Assembly: GCA_048939995.1 (NCBI GenBank)
Contig: JBHLOY010000009.1
Span: forward strand, 64,001 to 128,000
Origin: Promethearchaeota archaeon
GTDB taxonomy: Archaea; Asgardarchaeota; Lokiarchaeia; Sigyniarchaeales; SOKP01
DNA: 64,000 nt
Reading direction: 5' to 3'
The notes below the pieces were generated by a model that saw only the letters and a program-made list of their open reading frames with translations, made no database searches and had not been told where the DNA came from. A program made the translations under genes and the position numbers. Below, in pieces: positions 1 to 10,417 of the stretch; position 1 is the stretch's first letter; each line of letters begins with the position of its first letter.

Positions 1-26
1 TAAAATTTTATTTAGGTGAATTCTAA

Positions 27-524
27 TTGAGTCTAAAAAGGCATAATGGTCAGGTGAGGGAATTTCCACATACTCATATATATCATGCATTATTACCTGT
101 AATTTTTATTTCATTTTGGGTTATAGATTCTCAACTTTTTCATTTATCAACTATCTTGAATTCTTTCGTACCTTTTTATATACGTATAATTTTGGCTGCT
201 AGTATATTTATTATAGCACTAATATTGATACTATTATCGCATAGAACTTTGTTTAAATCACATCAACCGCCAAATATTTTAATCAAAAATGGAATTCTGG
301 CGTATGTCAGAAATCCAATGTATTTAGGCATCTTATTAATTTATATAGCCTTCATATCTTTCTCTATTTCAATTATTTGCATTGGACTTTTTTGTTTTGT
401 TTTTCTAATTTATAACAAGATGGTGAATTTTGAAGAAAAAATTCTCGAAAATATGTTCGATGAAGAATATTTGAATTACAAGAAGAAAGTTTCTAAGTGG
501 ATTCCAAATCCTTTTAAGAAATAA
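27..524 (+). CDS. Isoprenylcysteine carboxylmethyltransferase / PEMT-family membrane methyltransferase
   Basis: Multi-TM 165 aa with G-x-x-AYVRNPMYLG and EEKIL..F..EY..YKKKV family motifs; TTG start preceded by AGGTGA RBS. Confidence 0.8.
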   Translation: MSLKRHNGQVREFPHTHIYHALLPVIFISFWVIDSQLFHLSTILNSFVPFYIRIILAASIFIIALILILLSHRTLFKSHQPPNILIKNGILAYVRNPMYLGILLIYIAFISFSISIICIGLFCFVFLIYNKMVNFEEKILENMFDEEYLNYKKKVSKWIPNPFKK

Positions 525-570
525 GAATCTCAGATAATTAAATCTTAAATATTAGACTTTTTGAAGAGAA

Positions 571-660
571 ATGAAAAAATGGAATAAAGCAATCCTTATT
601 ATTTTATTAATTCTACTTTTAATAATCCCTACTATCATAACTGTCATTTTATTTTTGTAA
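571..660 (+). CDS. Putative 29-aa single-TM peptide (not in ORF track)
   Basis: ATG571-TAA660 = MKKWNKAILIILLILLLIIPTIITVILFL; basic N-terminus then hydrophobic helix; purine-rich GAAGAG upstream. Confidence 0.35.
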   Translation: MKKWNKAILIILLILLLIIPTIITVILFL

Positions 661-762
661 AATCAAGAAGGAATTATTAAAATAGTTAATAAATTAATAA
701 CTAAACTTATTTTAAAAAATCTATAATAATTAAATATAGTTTCCAAGATATGTGAGATTCTT

Positions 763-1746
763 ATGATTCAGAAAAAAATTACCTCGTTCCCAGAAATAGT
801 AAATATATCCTCAAAATTCAATATGAAGGAAAAAATCATCTTACATCGGGGTTTATCTTATGATTTTTTGAGGAAGCTTCCTAGCAAGTTAATTAGATTG
901 ATAATTACGTCCCCACCGTACAATTTAGGCAAAGATTACGAAATTGAGAAGGAGTTCGAAGAGTATTTGTTAGAACAAGAATTAGTTATTAAGGAATTAG
1001 TTAGAGTATTAGCAAATAATGGTAGTATTTGTTGGGAAGTAGGGAATTATATAGAAGAAGGAGAAGTTTATCCATTGGATATATATTTCTACAATCTTTT
1101 TAAAAAGTATTCATTAAAATTGAGGAATAGAATAATCTGGCATTTTGGACACGGTCTGCATTGTAAGAATAGGTTTTCTGGAAGGTACGAAACAATTTTA
1201 TGGTTTACAAAATCTAACGATTATATTTTTAATTTAGATGAAGTAAGAGTACCACATAAGTATCCTGGCAAAAAAGCATATAAAGGACCTAATAAAGGAA
1301 AACTTTCTGGGAACCCTCTAGGAAAAAATCCTTCTGATGTATGGAAATTGTTATCTAAAGATTGGAAGAATTCATTTTGGGAATTTCCAAATGTTAAATC
1401 AAATCATCCCGAAAAAACAATTCATCCATGTCAATTTCCAATCGAATTGGTTGAAAGATGCGTATTAGCATTAACTAATGAAAATGATTATATATTGGAT
1501 CCATATTGTGGTGTAGGTTCAAGTCTTATTGCAGGAATAAAAAATAATAGAAAAGTAATAGGGATTGATAAGGAATTGAAATATATAAATATCGCTAAAG
1601 AGAGGATAAATGCTTATTTTGAAGGAATTCTAAAAATTCGTCCACTAGGAAAAAAGATACACCAGCCTAGTGGTAGGGAGAAAGTTTCTCAAATACCTAA
1701 AGAGTGGCAAAATTCAAAGGAGAATTTAGATGGACCACCATCATAA
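763..1746 (+). CDS. Site-specific DNA amino-methyltransferase (N4C/N6A, beta class), apparently orphan
   Basis: Motif IV TSPPY precedes motif I LDPYCGVGS; HPCQFP motif. Confidence 0.9.
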   Translation: MIQKKITSFPEIVNISSKFNMKEKIILHRGLSYDFLRKLPSKLIRLIITSPPYNLGKDYEIEKEFEEYLLEQELVIKELVRVLANNGSICWEVGNYIEEGEVYPLDIYFYNLFKKYSLKLRNRIIWHFGHGLHCKNRFSGRYETILWFTKSNDYIFNLDEVRVPHKYPGKKAYKGPNKGKLSGNPLGKNPSDVWKLLSKDWKNSFWEFPNVKSNHPEKTIHPCQFPIELVERCVLALTNENDYILDPYCGVGSSLIAGIKNNRKVIGIDKELKYINIAKERINAYFEGILKIRPLGKKIHQPSGREKVSQIPKEWQNSKENLDGPPS

Positions 1747-2395
1747 TAAACATGAATGGACAGAGGAACGATCAAAACGATTTATAAGGTTAGTGAAAGA
1801 AAAAGTATATAAAAGTCGTTATATTCCATTTGCCAGAAAAATTGTTTATTTTATGGAAAAATATAAAATTGACTTAAATTCCACGATAGTAGATATTGGA
1901 TGCGGTCCTGGATATCTTCTAATTGAAATCCGAAAAATATTACCTGATATAAAAATAATAGGTGTAGATGCATCAGATCTTATGATAAATACTGCAATTG
2001 AAAAAGCTAAAGAATTAAATATTAAAAATTTTGAATTTAAGAAAGCTTATGCTGAAAATATTCCAATTCAAAATAGTCTTATTGATCTTTCCACATGTTA
2101 CAATAGTCTTCATGATTTTAAGGATTGGAAACTTGCTATTAAGGAGATTTTTCGAATTTTAAAACCAAATGGCATTTTTATTCTCCTTGATAGAAGTGGA
2201 GCTTATCCTAAATGGAAATTCTTTTCAGTGATATTTAGAATTGGTTTAAGGAATGCAATACGATATTTTAAGACAAGACATTCATGGTTAGATCCAAAGA
2301 TTATTGAAAAGCTTATGATAGATGTTGGATTTCAAGTATTATTTTTGGAGAAGAAAGAGCATTACATTATTGTTGGTAAAAAAAGTAACAAATAA
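1730..2395 (+). CDS. Class I SAM-dependent methyltransferase
   Basis: VDIGCGPG, GVDAS, RILKPNG motifs. Confidence 0.85.
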   Translation: MDHHHNKHEWTEERSKRFIRLVKEKVYKSRYIPFARKIVYFMEKYKIDLNSTIVDIGCGPGYLLIEIRKILPDIKIIGVDASDLMINTAIEKAKELNIKNFEFKKAYAENIPIQNSLIDLSTCYNSLHDFKDWKLAIKEIFRILKPNGIFILLDRSGAYPKWKFFSVIFRIGLRNAIRYFKTRHSWLDPKIIEKLMIDVGFQVLFLEKKEHYIIVGKKSNK

Positions 2396-2414
2396 TTTTT
2401 TATAATTCTAAAAA

Positions 2415-3530
2415 TTGCACTTATTTATGAATGAAACTGAATCAGATGTTTATCGTAATCTTCAAAAGCATCTTGATAAAATGCCAGTAGGTTTTCCCGC
2501 AACAGATTCTGGTGTAGAGATTCGAATTTTAAAGCATTTATTTACTCCAGAACAAGCAAAATTAGTATTATATTTAGATTTTCAACCAAAACCCTTAAAT
2601 AAAATATTTAGAAAAGTAAAGAAAACAGCCCTTACGTTAATAGAACTTGAAAATAAATTGGATGAGATGTATAAGAAGGGGATTATTAACTTTGGTGAAG
2701 TCAATGGGGAAAAATTCTATGCTACTGCAGCTTTAGCAATAGGTATGTATGAATATCAATTGAATTCCCTCACAGAAGACTTTGTGAAGGACATCTATCA
2801 ATATTTTGAAGAAGCTTTTATAAACGAATATAATAGTAGCGGAATCCCTCAACTACGTACAATTCCCATTGAGCAAAGCATCGCTCATGAGCAAACAATC
2901 TCAACCTATGATGATCTTAGATCAGTTATAGAAAATATTGGAGAACCCATAGGAGTAGCTGAATGCATTTGCAGGAAAGCTAAGGATCTTATCGAGGATC
3001 CATGTAAGAAAACCGATTTAAGAGAAATTTGCTTTAGCTTTAGAACTGCTGCAAAATACTATATGAGCCGTGGTTTTGCAAAAGAAATTTCAAAAGAAGA
3101 AGCTTTGAATCTTTTAGAAAAAGCTGAAGAGGATGGATTAGTATTACAACCCGGAAATTCAATGAGACCAATGTGCATTTGTTGTTGTTGTGGGTGTTGT
3201 TGTGAGTTGCTTGTTAGTCAAAATAGACTTGCTGAACCAGCACAATTTTTTGCATCCAACTACTATGCCAAAGTTGATGAGGAGTTATGTATAGGATGCG
3301 CTACATGCGAAGAAAGGTGTAATATTGGAGCTGTTCATATTGAGGATGCTATAGCTCGTGTAGATATAAAACGATGTATTGGTTGTGGAGTTTGTGTACC
3401 AACATGTAATTCTGAAGCAATTAAACTCTATATGAAAGATAAAGAAATTATTCCACCAGAAAATACTGCTTCTACCTATAAAGCAATTATGGATAAAAAA
3501 GCTGAGTTAGCAAGATTAGAAAAAACTTAA
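2415..3530 (+). CDS. 4Fe-4S dicluster protein with Cys-rich central domain (start probably ATG 2427)
   Basis: CIGCATCEERC and CIGCGVCVPTC ferredoxin motifs; CICR and CICCCCGCCC. Confidence 0.85.
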   Translation: MHLFMNETESDVYRNLQKHLDKMPVGFPATDSGVEIRILKHLFTPEQAKLVLYLDFQPKPLNKIFRKVKKTALTLIELENKLDEMYKKGIINFGEVNGEKFYATAALAIGMYEYQLNSLTEDFVKDIYQYFEEAFINEYNSSGIPQLRTIPIEQSIAHEQTISTYDDLRSVIENIGEPIGVAECICRKAKDLIEDPCKKTDLREICFSFRTAAKYYMSRGFAKEISKEEALNLLEKAEEDGLVLQPGNSMRPMCICCCCGCCCELLVSQNRLAEPAQFFASNYYAKVDEELCIGCATCEERCNIGAVHIEDAIARVDIKRCIGCGVCVPTCNSEAIKLYMKDKEIIPPENTASTYKAIMDKKAELARLEKT

Positions 3531-3626
3531 AATTTTCTATAATTTTCAATAGTTTTAAATTAGACTATCTATTAAATTTGATAACTAAAATTAAAAAAAA
3601 ATTAACAACTAGAGAGAAAATTAAAC

Positions 3627-4217
3627 ATGAGTGATGAAGTTAGTGAAGAATCAGTTTGGACAGGAATGATAAGGAAATATTGGTATGCAATAATACTCTA
3701 TGGTATTGCTATTATCGGTGCTATTATAGGAGTTATCTTAGTATTTCTGACATTTATTGCAGCCCCAGATATAGCTGGAGGAGGAACTTGGACTTTTGCA
3801 CAATTTTCTGTAGGCGCTTTGATACTATGGTTTATATTTTTATTCTTGTGGGAATTACTATTGGTAGGGCTCCCTGTTATTGGGTATCTTGCCATAGTAA
3901 CAGTGATCTTTTGGTTTGTAGTTTTATCTGAAGAAGATAAAGCTATAATTAAAAGTAGGGAGAAAAAAGAGAGAAAAGTTAAAAAGACTAGTGGTGGTAG
4001 CGGAGCTGCTGGATTTCTATTCTTTATCGCATTCATTTTAGTTCTTGTAATTGATGGCAATTTGTTTGCTGCATTTGATACATTACCTTATACATATTTT
4101 CTATTTGCTTATCTTGTAGGTGTTATGTGGACCGTTATCGTTCTGGGTATTCCTGTATTGATTATCGTTATAATTTATTATGGATATAAAGAATCAAAAA
4201 AACAAAAATCAGAATAA
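3627..4217 (+). CDS. Hypothetical integral membrane protein
   Basis: About 4-5 hydrophobic helices with a charged loop. Confidence 0.7.
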   Translation: MSDEVSEESVWTGMIRKYWYAIILYGIAIIGAIIGVILVFLTFIAAPDIAGGGTWTFAQFSVGALILWFIFLFLWELLLVGLPVIGYLAIVTVIFWFVVLSEEDKAIIKSREKKERKVKKTSGGSGAAGFLFFIAFILVLVIDGNLFAAFDTLPYTYFLFAYLVGVMWTVIVLGIPVLIIVIIYYGYKESKKQKSE

Positions 4218-4247
4218 TAGATTTTCTTTTTTTTTTTTATTATAAAA

Positions 4248-6578
4248 TTATATTTTAATTGAAGGATCAAACACCTTTTTCTCAATTAGGTTCAAAATTA
4301 CTTCTGCTTCTTTAGCTTGAAATCCTCCTTTTTGTGAGATTAGGTTAGATACAAAAAAATAATTCACTCCTTTTTGTTTCATAATAATCTTTGCTAATTC
4401 AATAAACTCTTTCTCATTAGAGGTTAATTTTATGGTTGATGCATCATTAATCTGAAGGGGGTAAATCAAGCTGACAGGTAGATGGTGTTCAATAAGATCT
4501 GTTATACCAGTGAATTTACTTACTTCTCCATCAAATCGTTCTAAATCTTTCCCATAATTTTGGTCAATATCATAAGATAACTGCTTTATTGACTCAAGGA
4601 AGTCTTCAGAAGGGCTCTCCTTCATTATAAGAGTTATTCTAAAATTCTTGAATTCAGACATCAATATTTTAGAATCCTGATATTCGAGCTTAACGGTTTG
4701 GGATTGTTGATTTGAACCTGTGAGATCCAGGCCAAAACTTCTAATTGCTTCTAAGAATCCAGAAATTAAAGAGGCATCTATACTCTTACTTGCAAAAATT
4801 TTATCATAAATATTAATTCCAGAATTTTTTTCGATAATTAATAAATAATCCAAATTCAAAATATCCATATATTTGTTAAAAATACTTTGTCGATATGTTG
4901 CTCTTTCTTTTTTAACTTTCTTGACTACTTTAAATGATGTGAATGCACTTACCGCGACTATAGAACCAACAATTGCAGTTATTATAAGGATGAGAGGCAA
5001 AATATCTATATTGACCAAAAATGTTTCCGATTTAATTCCAGCGGCGGTTATTGTATTCCAAAAAACATAAGCAACGTATGCTCCTTCATTTGGATTAGCT
5101 GATAAAGTGTAATTATATACAGTTTCAGTTAGTGTTACAGGGACTCGCTTTCTATCTATCTCATATCCTAATGAATCTCTTAAAATGAATGTATAGTTGC
5201 CCTCTAAAAGAGGAGCAATTACAGAATACTTTAATTCTTGTGATTGCTCGAAATTTTTTTTAGGTGTATTTAGAGTTAATGCAACGTTTGGAGAATTAGC
5301 TCTTATTTCCCAATCAGCACCATCAATAATGGTATTATTGGGAATAATTATTACTTTTCCAATAGGATCAATATTAACTTGGGAAGAGATGTTTATCCCA
5401 TCTCGAAATACTGCTGGGTTAAACCAATTGGAGGGATAATCAAACTTCACTGAATGATTTATATATAATCTTGAAATAATAGGAGTAAGTGTCCAGTTAT
5501 TATCTTGACTTTCTTGCATCGTTACATATCCACTGGAGAAAAATAAATTTTTAAGATTTAGGTGGTAAGTTAAATTAAACAATAATTCTACTGAGTTGTT
5601 ATTCCAGATTTCAATATTTAGGGCATCATCGCCAGGACTATAATCTACTCCTTTGATTGTGAGATTACCCGTTCCGATTTCGGGTCCATTTGTTATTTTA
5701 TAAATACCACCATTTAATTCTGCAGTCATATTTATACTCTCGGGGAAATAGGTTTTGCTTGTTCTTTGAAGAACTTTATATAAGAATGGTGAGCCTTGTT
5801 TTCCTCTTGTCCAGTGCCAAACTGTAAGCTCACGTACATAAAAAGAGATATGAAGGTTTGGATGGTTTGGATTTGCATCATTGTAAAACCAATATATTGT
5901 TGAACCTTCAATCGCTATAAACTGAGTGACATTTAAGAGTAAATAATATTGTCCTATTGAAAGATCAACAGGATTTTGAAACTTTTGGTAATGCCACCCC
6001 AAACTATTCGTCATATTTAATTTTGTTGAGCCATAAATAATATTATTTGGTGAATCTGGTAATAATCCCCCGGAATTATATCCATTTATTTGTACATTCG
6101 TTATATCTACGATTGCTGGAGAGGTAGCAACCCCATAAATATAAACTCCAAAAATTTTAGTTGGCTCAGTAATATTTATTTGAACGCCCATTCCACGCAC
6201 ATCTTTCCCGAGAGTATGAAATCCAACAGTAGTATTATCTTCTATAGTAATGATCTCACGTTCAAGTTTTATATCAGTAAAATTAAGATTAATTTGAGTA
6301 ACATTCCAAGTTGATGAGGGTAATGGGATTTTTATGGAACTATTACTCTCTTGTGTATCAATATTATCTGCTAACTCAATCATATGAAGATGTGTTGGAG
6401 TTGTTAGTGTAATTCCATTATATTGAGCTAAGGATATTTTAGAATTGAATAAAAAGCTAAAAAGAAACATTGAAATCATTCCATAAATAAATAAAACTCT
6501 AAATTTTTTACTTTTCACCATAATTTCCCCATACCTCATTATAGAAATAATTTTAACTGCATTTCTAATCTTAATCAA
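4248..6578 (-). CDS. Single-pass membrane protein, ectodomain + cytoplasmic longin-like domain (paralogue 1; likely start ATG 6521)
   Basis: Signal peptide, beta-rich N-x-S/T-rich ectodomain, TM (ILPLILIITAIVGSIVAVSAF), YLLIIEKNSGINIY...SLISGFLEAIRSFG longin pattern, C-terminal wHTH-like segment. Confidence 0.75.
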   Translation of the reverse strand: MIKIRNAVKIISIMRYGEIMVKSKKFRVLFIYGMISMFLFSFLFNSKISLAQYNGITLTTPTHLHMIELADNIDTQESNSSIKIPLPSSTWNVTQINLNFTDIKLEREIITIEDNTTVGFHTLGKDVRGMGVQINITEPTKIFGVYIYGVATSPAIVDITNVQINGYNSGGLLPDSPNNIIYGSTKLNMTNSLGWHYQKFQNPVDLSIGQYYLLLNVTQFIAIEGSTIYWFYNDANPNHPNLHISFYVRELTVWHWTRGKQGSPFLYKVLQRTSKTYFPESINMTAELNGGIYKITNGPEIGTGNLTIKGVDYSPGDDALNIEIWNNNSVELLFNLTYHLNLKNLFFSSGYVTMQESQDNNWTLTPIISRLYINHSVKFDYPSNWFNPAVFRDGINISSQVNIDPIGKVIIIPNNTIIDGADWEIRANSPNVALTLNTPKKNFEQSQELKYSVIAPLLEGNYTFILRDSLGYEIDRKRVPVTLTETVYNYTLSANPNEGAYVAYVFWNTITAAGIKSETFLVNIDILPLILIITAIVGSIVAVSAFTSFKVVKKVKKERATYRQSIFNKYMDILNLDYLLIIEKNSGINIYDKIFASKSIDASLISGFLEAIRSFGLDLTGSNQQSQTVKLEYQDSKILMSEFKNFRITLIMKESPSEDFLESIKQLSYDIDQNYGKDLERFDGEVSKFTGITDLIEHHLPVSLIYPLQINDASTIKLTSNEKEFIELAKIIMKQKGVNYFFVSNLISQKGGFQAKEAEVILNLIEKKVFDPSIKI

Positions 6579-6708
6579 AATATTTAAATTTAAGAGTATA
6601 ATTTTCCCCAGAATTATTATATTAAAACATTTTTAGGGGATTTTGTCTATTGACTATAATTAATCTTTTTATAATTAAACGGCAAAGATATTATTATTTA
6701 ATATACAG

Positions 6709-8010
6709 GTGAATAAAGTGGTAAGGATAACGACTAAAGGTATGAGCGATTGGTTTGGACTTTTTGGTTCATCTACTTTTGGAGATGGTCTATGCCATTT
6801 TATAGGATGTATGGCTAATATGTGCGTTTTTGATACTAGCGAAGGGCTAGTTATATTTGACTTGCCAATGAAACAATTTAGTTATAAAATATTTAAAGCA
6901 ATCAGAGAAAGAACCAAAAAACCAGTAAAATATTTCATATATTCTCATGGTCATTTTGATCATGCATTTGCATTCGCACCTTTCATCGAAGAAGTAGGAA
7001 AAAAGGGTTGGATAATGCCTGAAGTTATAGCACATGAAAATTGTATTAAAAGATTCGAAAAATATAGGATGCTTAGTGAATATCACGTGTGGATTAATAA
7101 AATGCAATTTGCTTCACTAGGGATATTGAAGCATAAAAATTTAGTTTCTGCTTTAGAAACTCTTGATCCAACAATCATTTTAAAAGGAAATGATGCAAAA
7201 TACAATTTTGAATTAGGAAGTATTCAATTTGATCTAAATCATGATAAAGGTGAAACAGATGACTCAATCTGGTTATGGGTACCTGAGAAAGAAACGATTT
7301 GTGCGGGGGATTTATTCGTATCATCATTTCCTAATATAGGTAATCCTTTTAAGGTTCAGCGTTATCCTAAAGATTGGGCAATTGCTTTGGATAAAATGCT
7401 TGAAAAAGAGGCAAAGTATCTAGTTCCAGGACATGGTCCTCTTATAAAAGGGAAAGAAAAGGTTAAGGAGGCTCTATTAATAACTTCTGAGGCTTTGCAT
7501 TTTGTGCATGATGAGGTTGTTAAGCGGCTTAATGCGGGGAAATGGTTTGAGCAAATCTACTATGAGATGCTAGAAATATTCCCTAAAAAATTCAAAAACC
7601 ATCCATTATTGCGGGAGATGTATGGATGTTATCGATTTGCAATTCACGCATCCTACAGACTCTATCATGGCTGGTATAACAGTGGTAATCCTACAGAATT
7701 ATTTCCTTCAAAGGCAACAGATATTGCACAAGAATTTTTAAAGCTCAATAGTGAAGAATCATACTTGAATCATGCAAAGAAGTTATTTGAGGAAGGTAAA
7801 CTACAATTAGCATTGCATATTCTCGATGTCGTAATAAATGGAATCAATGAAAAGAAGGGCAGTATCTATTTAAAGGCTTTACAATTAAAATATGACATTC
7901 TAAAAATTAAAGTGGAGGAAGAGTCGTCTTTTATTGCTGCTAATATTCTTGATAATGCGAGATATAATATAAAAGATAAGATTAAAACCATACAAAAACA
8001 ATTAAAATAG
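6709..8010 (+). CDS. MBL-fold hydrolase, alkyl/aryl sulfatase (SdsA/BDS1)-like
   Basis: SHGHFDH, GETDD, GD, PGHG; GNPFKVQRYP; helical C-terminal dimerisation-like region. Confidence 0.8.
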   Translation: MNKVVRITTKGMSDWFGLFGSSTFGDGLCHFIGCMANMCVFDTSEGLVIFDLPMKQFSYKIFKAIRERTKKPVKYFIYSHGHFDHAFAFAPFIEEVGKKGWIMPEVIAHENCIKRFEKYRMLSEYHVWINKMQFASLGILKHKNLVSALETLDPTIILKGNDAKYNFELGSIQFDLNHDKGETDDSIWLWVPEKETICAGDLFVSSFPNIGNPFKVQRYPKDWAIALDKMLEKEAKYLVPGHGPLIKGKEKVKEALLITSEALHFVHDEVVKRLNAGKWFEQIYYEMLEIFPKKFKNHPLLREMYGCYRFAIHASYRLYHGWYNSGNPTELFPSKATDIAQEFLKLNSEESYLNHAKKLFEEGKLQLALHILDVVINGINEKKGSIYLKALQLKYDILKIKVEEESSFIAANILDNARYNIKDKIKTIQKQLK

Positions 8011-8018
8011 AATTTTTC

Positions 8019-10268
8019 TTATCGTTGAGGCACAAAAACGCCTTTTTTAATAAGATTAAGTACGGTTTGGGCATCCTTTGGTGAACATTCATTTTCAGGT
8101 AGCAGATAAAGCGCATAAATATGGTCTAATCCATAATCTTCCATTAATTTCTTCGCTTTTTCAACCATCTCCCTTTCAGCAGAATTTAATCTTACATTAT
8201 CAGGCATTTCTATTTTTAACGGATAGATGAACGAAACATTTAGATGTTCTTCAACCAATTCTTTGATTCCTTTAAAGTCTTTTACATTTCCATGAAATTC
8301 ATCAATCATTTTTCCATAATTTTTATACACATCATATGCTAAGGATTCAACAGCATAATGGAAATCTACTGAAGGTTCAGCTTTCATGTTTAGGATGATT
8401 CTTACATTTACAAATTCTGTCATTAATAAGATAGAATTTTTATATTGTATTTTTACTGTTTTGTCTTTATCCTTGGCTACTTCTGAACCAAACGCACGAA
8501 CGGCTTGTAGAAAACCAGATATTAATGTGGAATCCCCTTTTTGTTCTCCAAATGATTGAGAATAAATGTCTATTCCAGATCTAATATCAGTCACTATTAA
8601 ATAGTTTAGGTTGAGGATATCTACACATTTTTCTAGCAATCTTTGCATCTCATATCTACGATTTTTTGATACTCTCTTATAAGCTATAAAGCTTAAGATT
8701 GCAGCAATAGGTGCAATTGTAACAACCGTAATAATTATAAAGAAAATACCCATATCTGGGGGAGGTGATTTAGGGATAGAAATAATAAACTCTTGAACTA
8801 TAACACCCGCATCGGTCTGATTGTTCCAGAATACGTATGCAATATAGGTTCCGTCTGGTGAACTCAATGGAAGTGTATAGGAAAATAGAATAGTATCAGG
8901 AGGTATAGTTTTGCTGATATTAAATTCTTCAATATCTGCAGAGTTTATTAAAATATACGTATAGGTTCCTTCTAATGTAGGTGTTGCTAGCGAAAATTGA
9001 ACTTCTTGTCCTAAATAATAATCTGTTTTTGGAGCATTCAATCCAATTGAAAAACTAGGAGATTCCGCCATTATCTCCCAATTAGCGTTTTCGATAAGAG
9101 TATTATTTGGGATAAATATATAATTTTCATTAATTGTTATATTGAATTCCATATTTTGCCCATCTCTAAAAACGCTTATATTTTCCCATGTACGGGGAAT
9201 TTTGAATTTAATGCTATAATTATCTGTATAACGAATAAATGTTCGGGAAAGAATCCATTCATTACTTTGAGATTCCTGTATACTTACTTCACCCAGAGTG
9301 ATTAAACTTTCCTCAAAATATAAATGATAGGAAATATTGAAATCTAACGCTTTTGAAGCGTTATTATTAACAGCAAAAGAAAGAGTAGTAGTTAAAGGAC
9401 GAAAATCTTGAAATGTTTGAGATAAAACCCCACTTCCCTCTTCTCCACCATTTAACACTTGATATTCTTGATTATTTATATTAACGGACATATTGATACT
9501 TTCTGGAAAAAGAGGAGCTTTACTTTTCCGAATTATTTTGTAAAGAAATGTTTTATTATCTACCCCGTCAGCCCAAATAACGCTATCCTCTAGAGTAGTC
9601 GCAGAGTACAATGATGGATCGCTAGGATTTGAATTATAATGCCAGTAATAATATTGACCATTAAGACTAAAATTAGTTCCATTTAGAACTAAAAAGTAAT
9701 TTCCACTTGGTAAATTAAGAGGAGATGAAAAATTTTGTATATACCATCCCAAAGTTGTTGAGATATTGAGAGTCTGAGAAGTAAAAATGGTGCTATTTGG
9801 TGTGTTATTTGTATCATTATATCCTCGAATCTGCACTTGAATATTTTGAGTGGTACCCGCGCTCTTGTTTCCATAGATAAACACTCCATAAATGGTTTCG
9901 GGATGATCTAATCTAATTTGAGTTGCTAAGCCTAAATTATTAAAAATTCCATTTGTAAAATAAACCCGTTCAAATCCCGTTGGTTGATCTTCTACGATTA
10001 TTGTCTCCTTTTCAAAAGTAAGGTTCATAAAATCTAATTCAATGTTCGTAATATTCCATTCAGTAGTTGGTAATTCAATATTAATAGAATTGACAGTTGA
10101 ATTTGATCCTTGAAGATCAGAATATTGAGACATTTTAAAACTAGTATTTAGATTTAAAATTAGATCATGCCCTTGAGCCTTAGTACTTCTTAAATTTATA
10201 TTAAAACTAATGAAGAGAGCAGTAGATACTAAAATGAAAATTAATAGACTTTTTTTATTCAAACTCAA
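8019..10268 (-). CDS. Single-pass membrane protein, ectodomain + cytoplasmic longin-like domain (paralogue 2)
   Basis: Colinear similarity to 4248-6578 (WNITNI, FGVFIYG, GWY, FWNN, TM, TLISGFLQAVRAFG, YPL, NLIKKGVF). Confidence 0.75.
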   Translation of the reverse strand: MSLNKKSLLIFILVSTALFISFNINLRSTKAQGHDLILNLNTSFKMSQYSDLQGSNSTVNSINIELPTTEWNITNIELDFMNLTFEKETIIVEDQPTGFERVYFTNGIFNNLGLATQIRLDHPETIYGVFIYGNKSAGTTQNIQVQIRGYNDTNNTPNSTIFTSQTLNISTTLGWYIQNFSSPLNLPSGNYFLVLNGTNFSLNGQYYYWHYNSNPSDPSLYSATTLEDSVIWADGVDNKTFLYKIIRKSKAPLFPESINMSVNINNQEYQVLNGGEEGSGVLSQTFQDFRPLTTTLSFAVNNNASKALDFNISYHLYFEESLITLGEVSIQESQSNEWILSRTFIRYTDNYSIKFKIPRTWENISVFRDGQNMEFNITINENYIFIPNNTLIENANWEIMAESPSFSIGLNAPKTDYYLGQEVQFSLATPTLEGTYTYILINSADIEEFNISKTIPPDTILFSYTLPLSSPDGTYIAYVFWNNQTDAGVIVQEFIISIPKSPPPDMGIFFIIITVVTIAPIAAILSFIAYKRVSKNRRYEMQRLLEKCVDILNLNYLIVTDIRSGIDIYSQSFGEQKGDSTLISGFLQAVRAFGSEVAKDKDKTVKIQYKNSILLMTEFVNVRIILNMKAEPSVDFHYAVESLAYDVYKNYGKMIDEFHGNVKDFKGIKELVEEHLNVSFIYPLKIEMPDNVRLNSAEREMVEKAKKLMEDYGLDHIYALYLLPENECSPKDAQTVLNLIKKGVFVPQR

Positions 10269-10417
10269 CCCATTTTATTATAATTTATTATTTTAATCCT
10301 CTTCTACTATAAAAAAGTTTTTGTCTAATTTTTTATAACTGTTTGAAATTAATAAAAAATTAATTTCTTTTATAATTATATTTTTTTAAAAAAATTAAAG
10401 AGAAAATAAAAATAGAG

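Noticed and set aside
27-524. ICMT-like enzyme as evidence for GTPase prenylation
   Set aside because: None of the three GTPases ends in a Cys motif, and this family is widespread in prokaryotes
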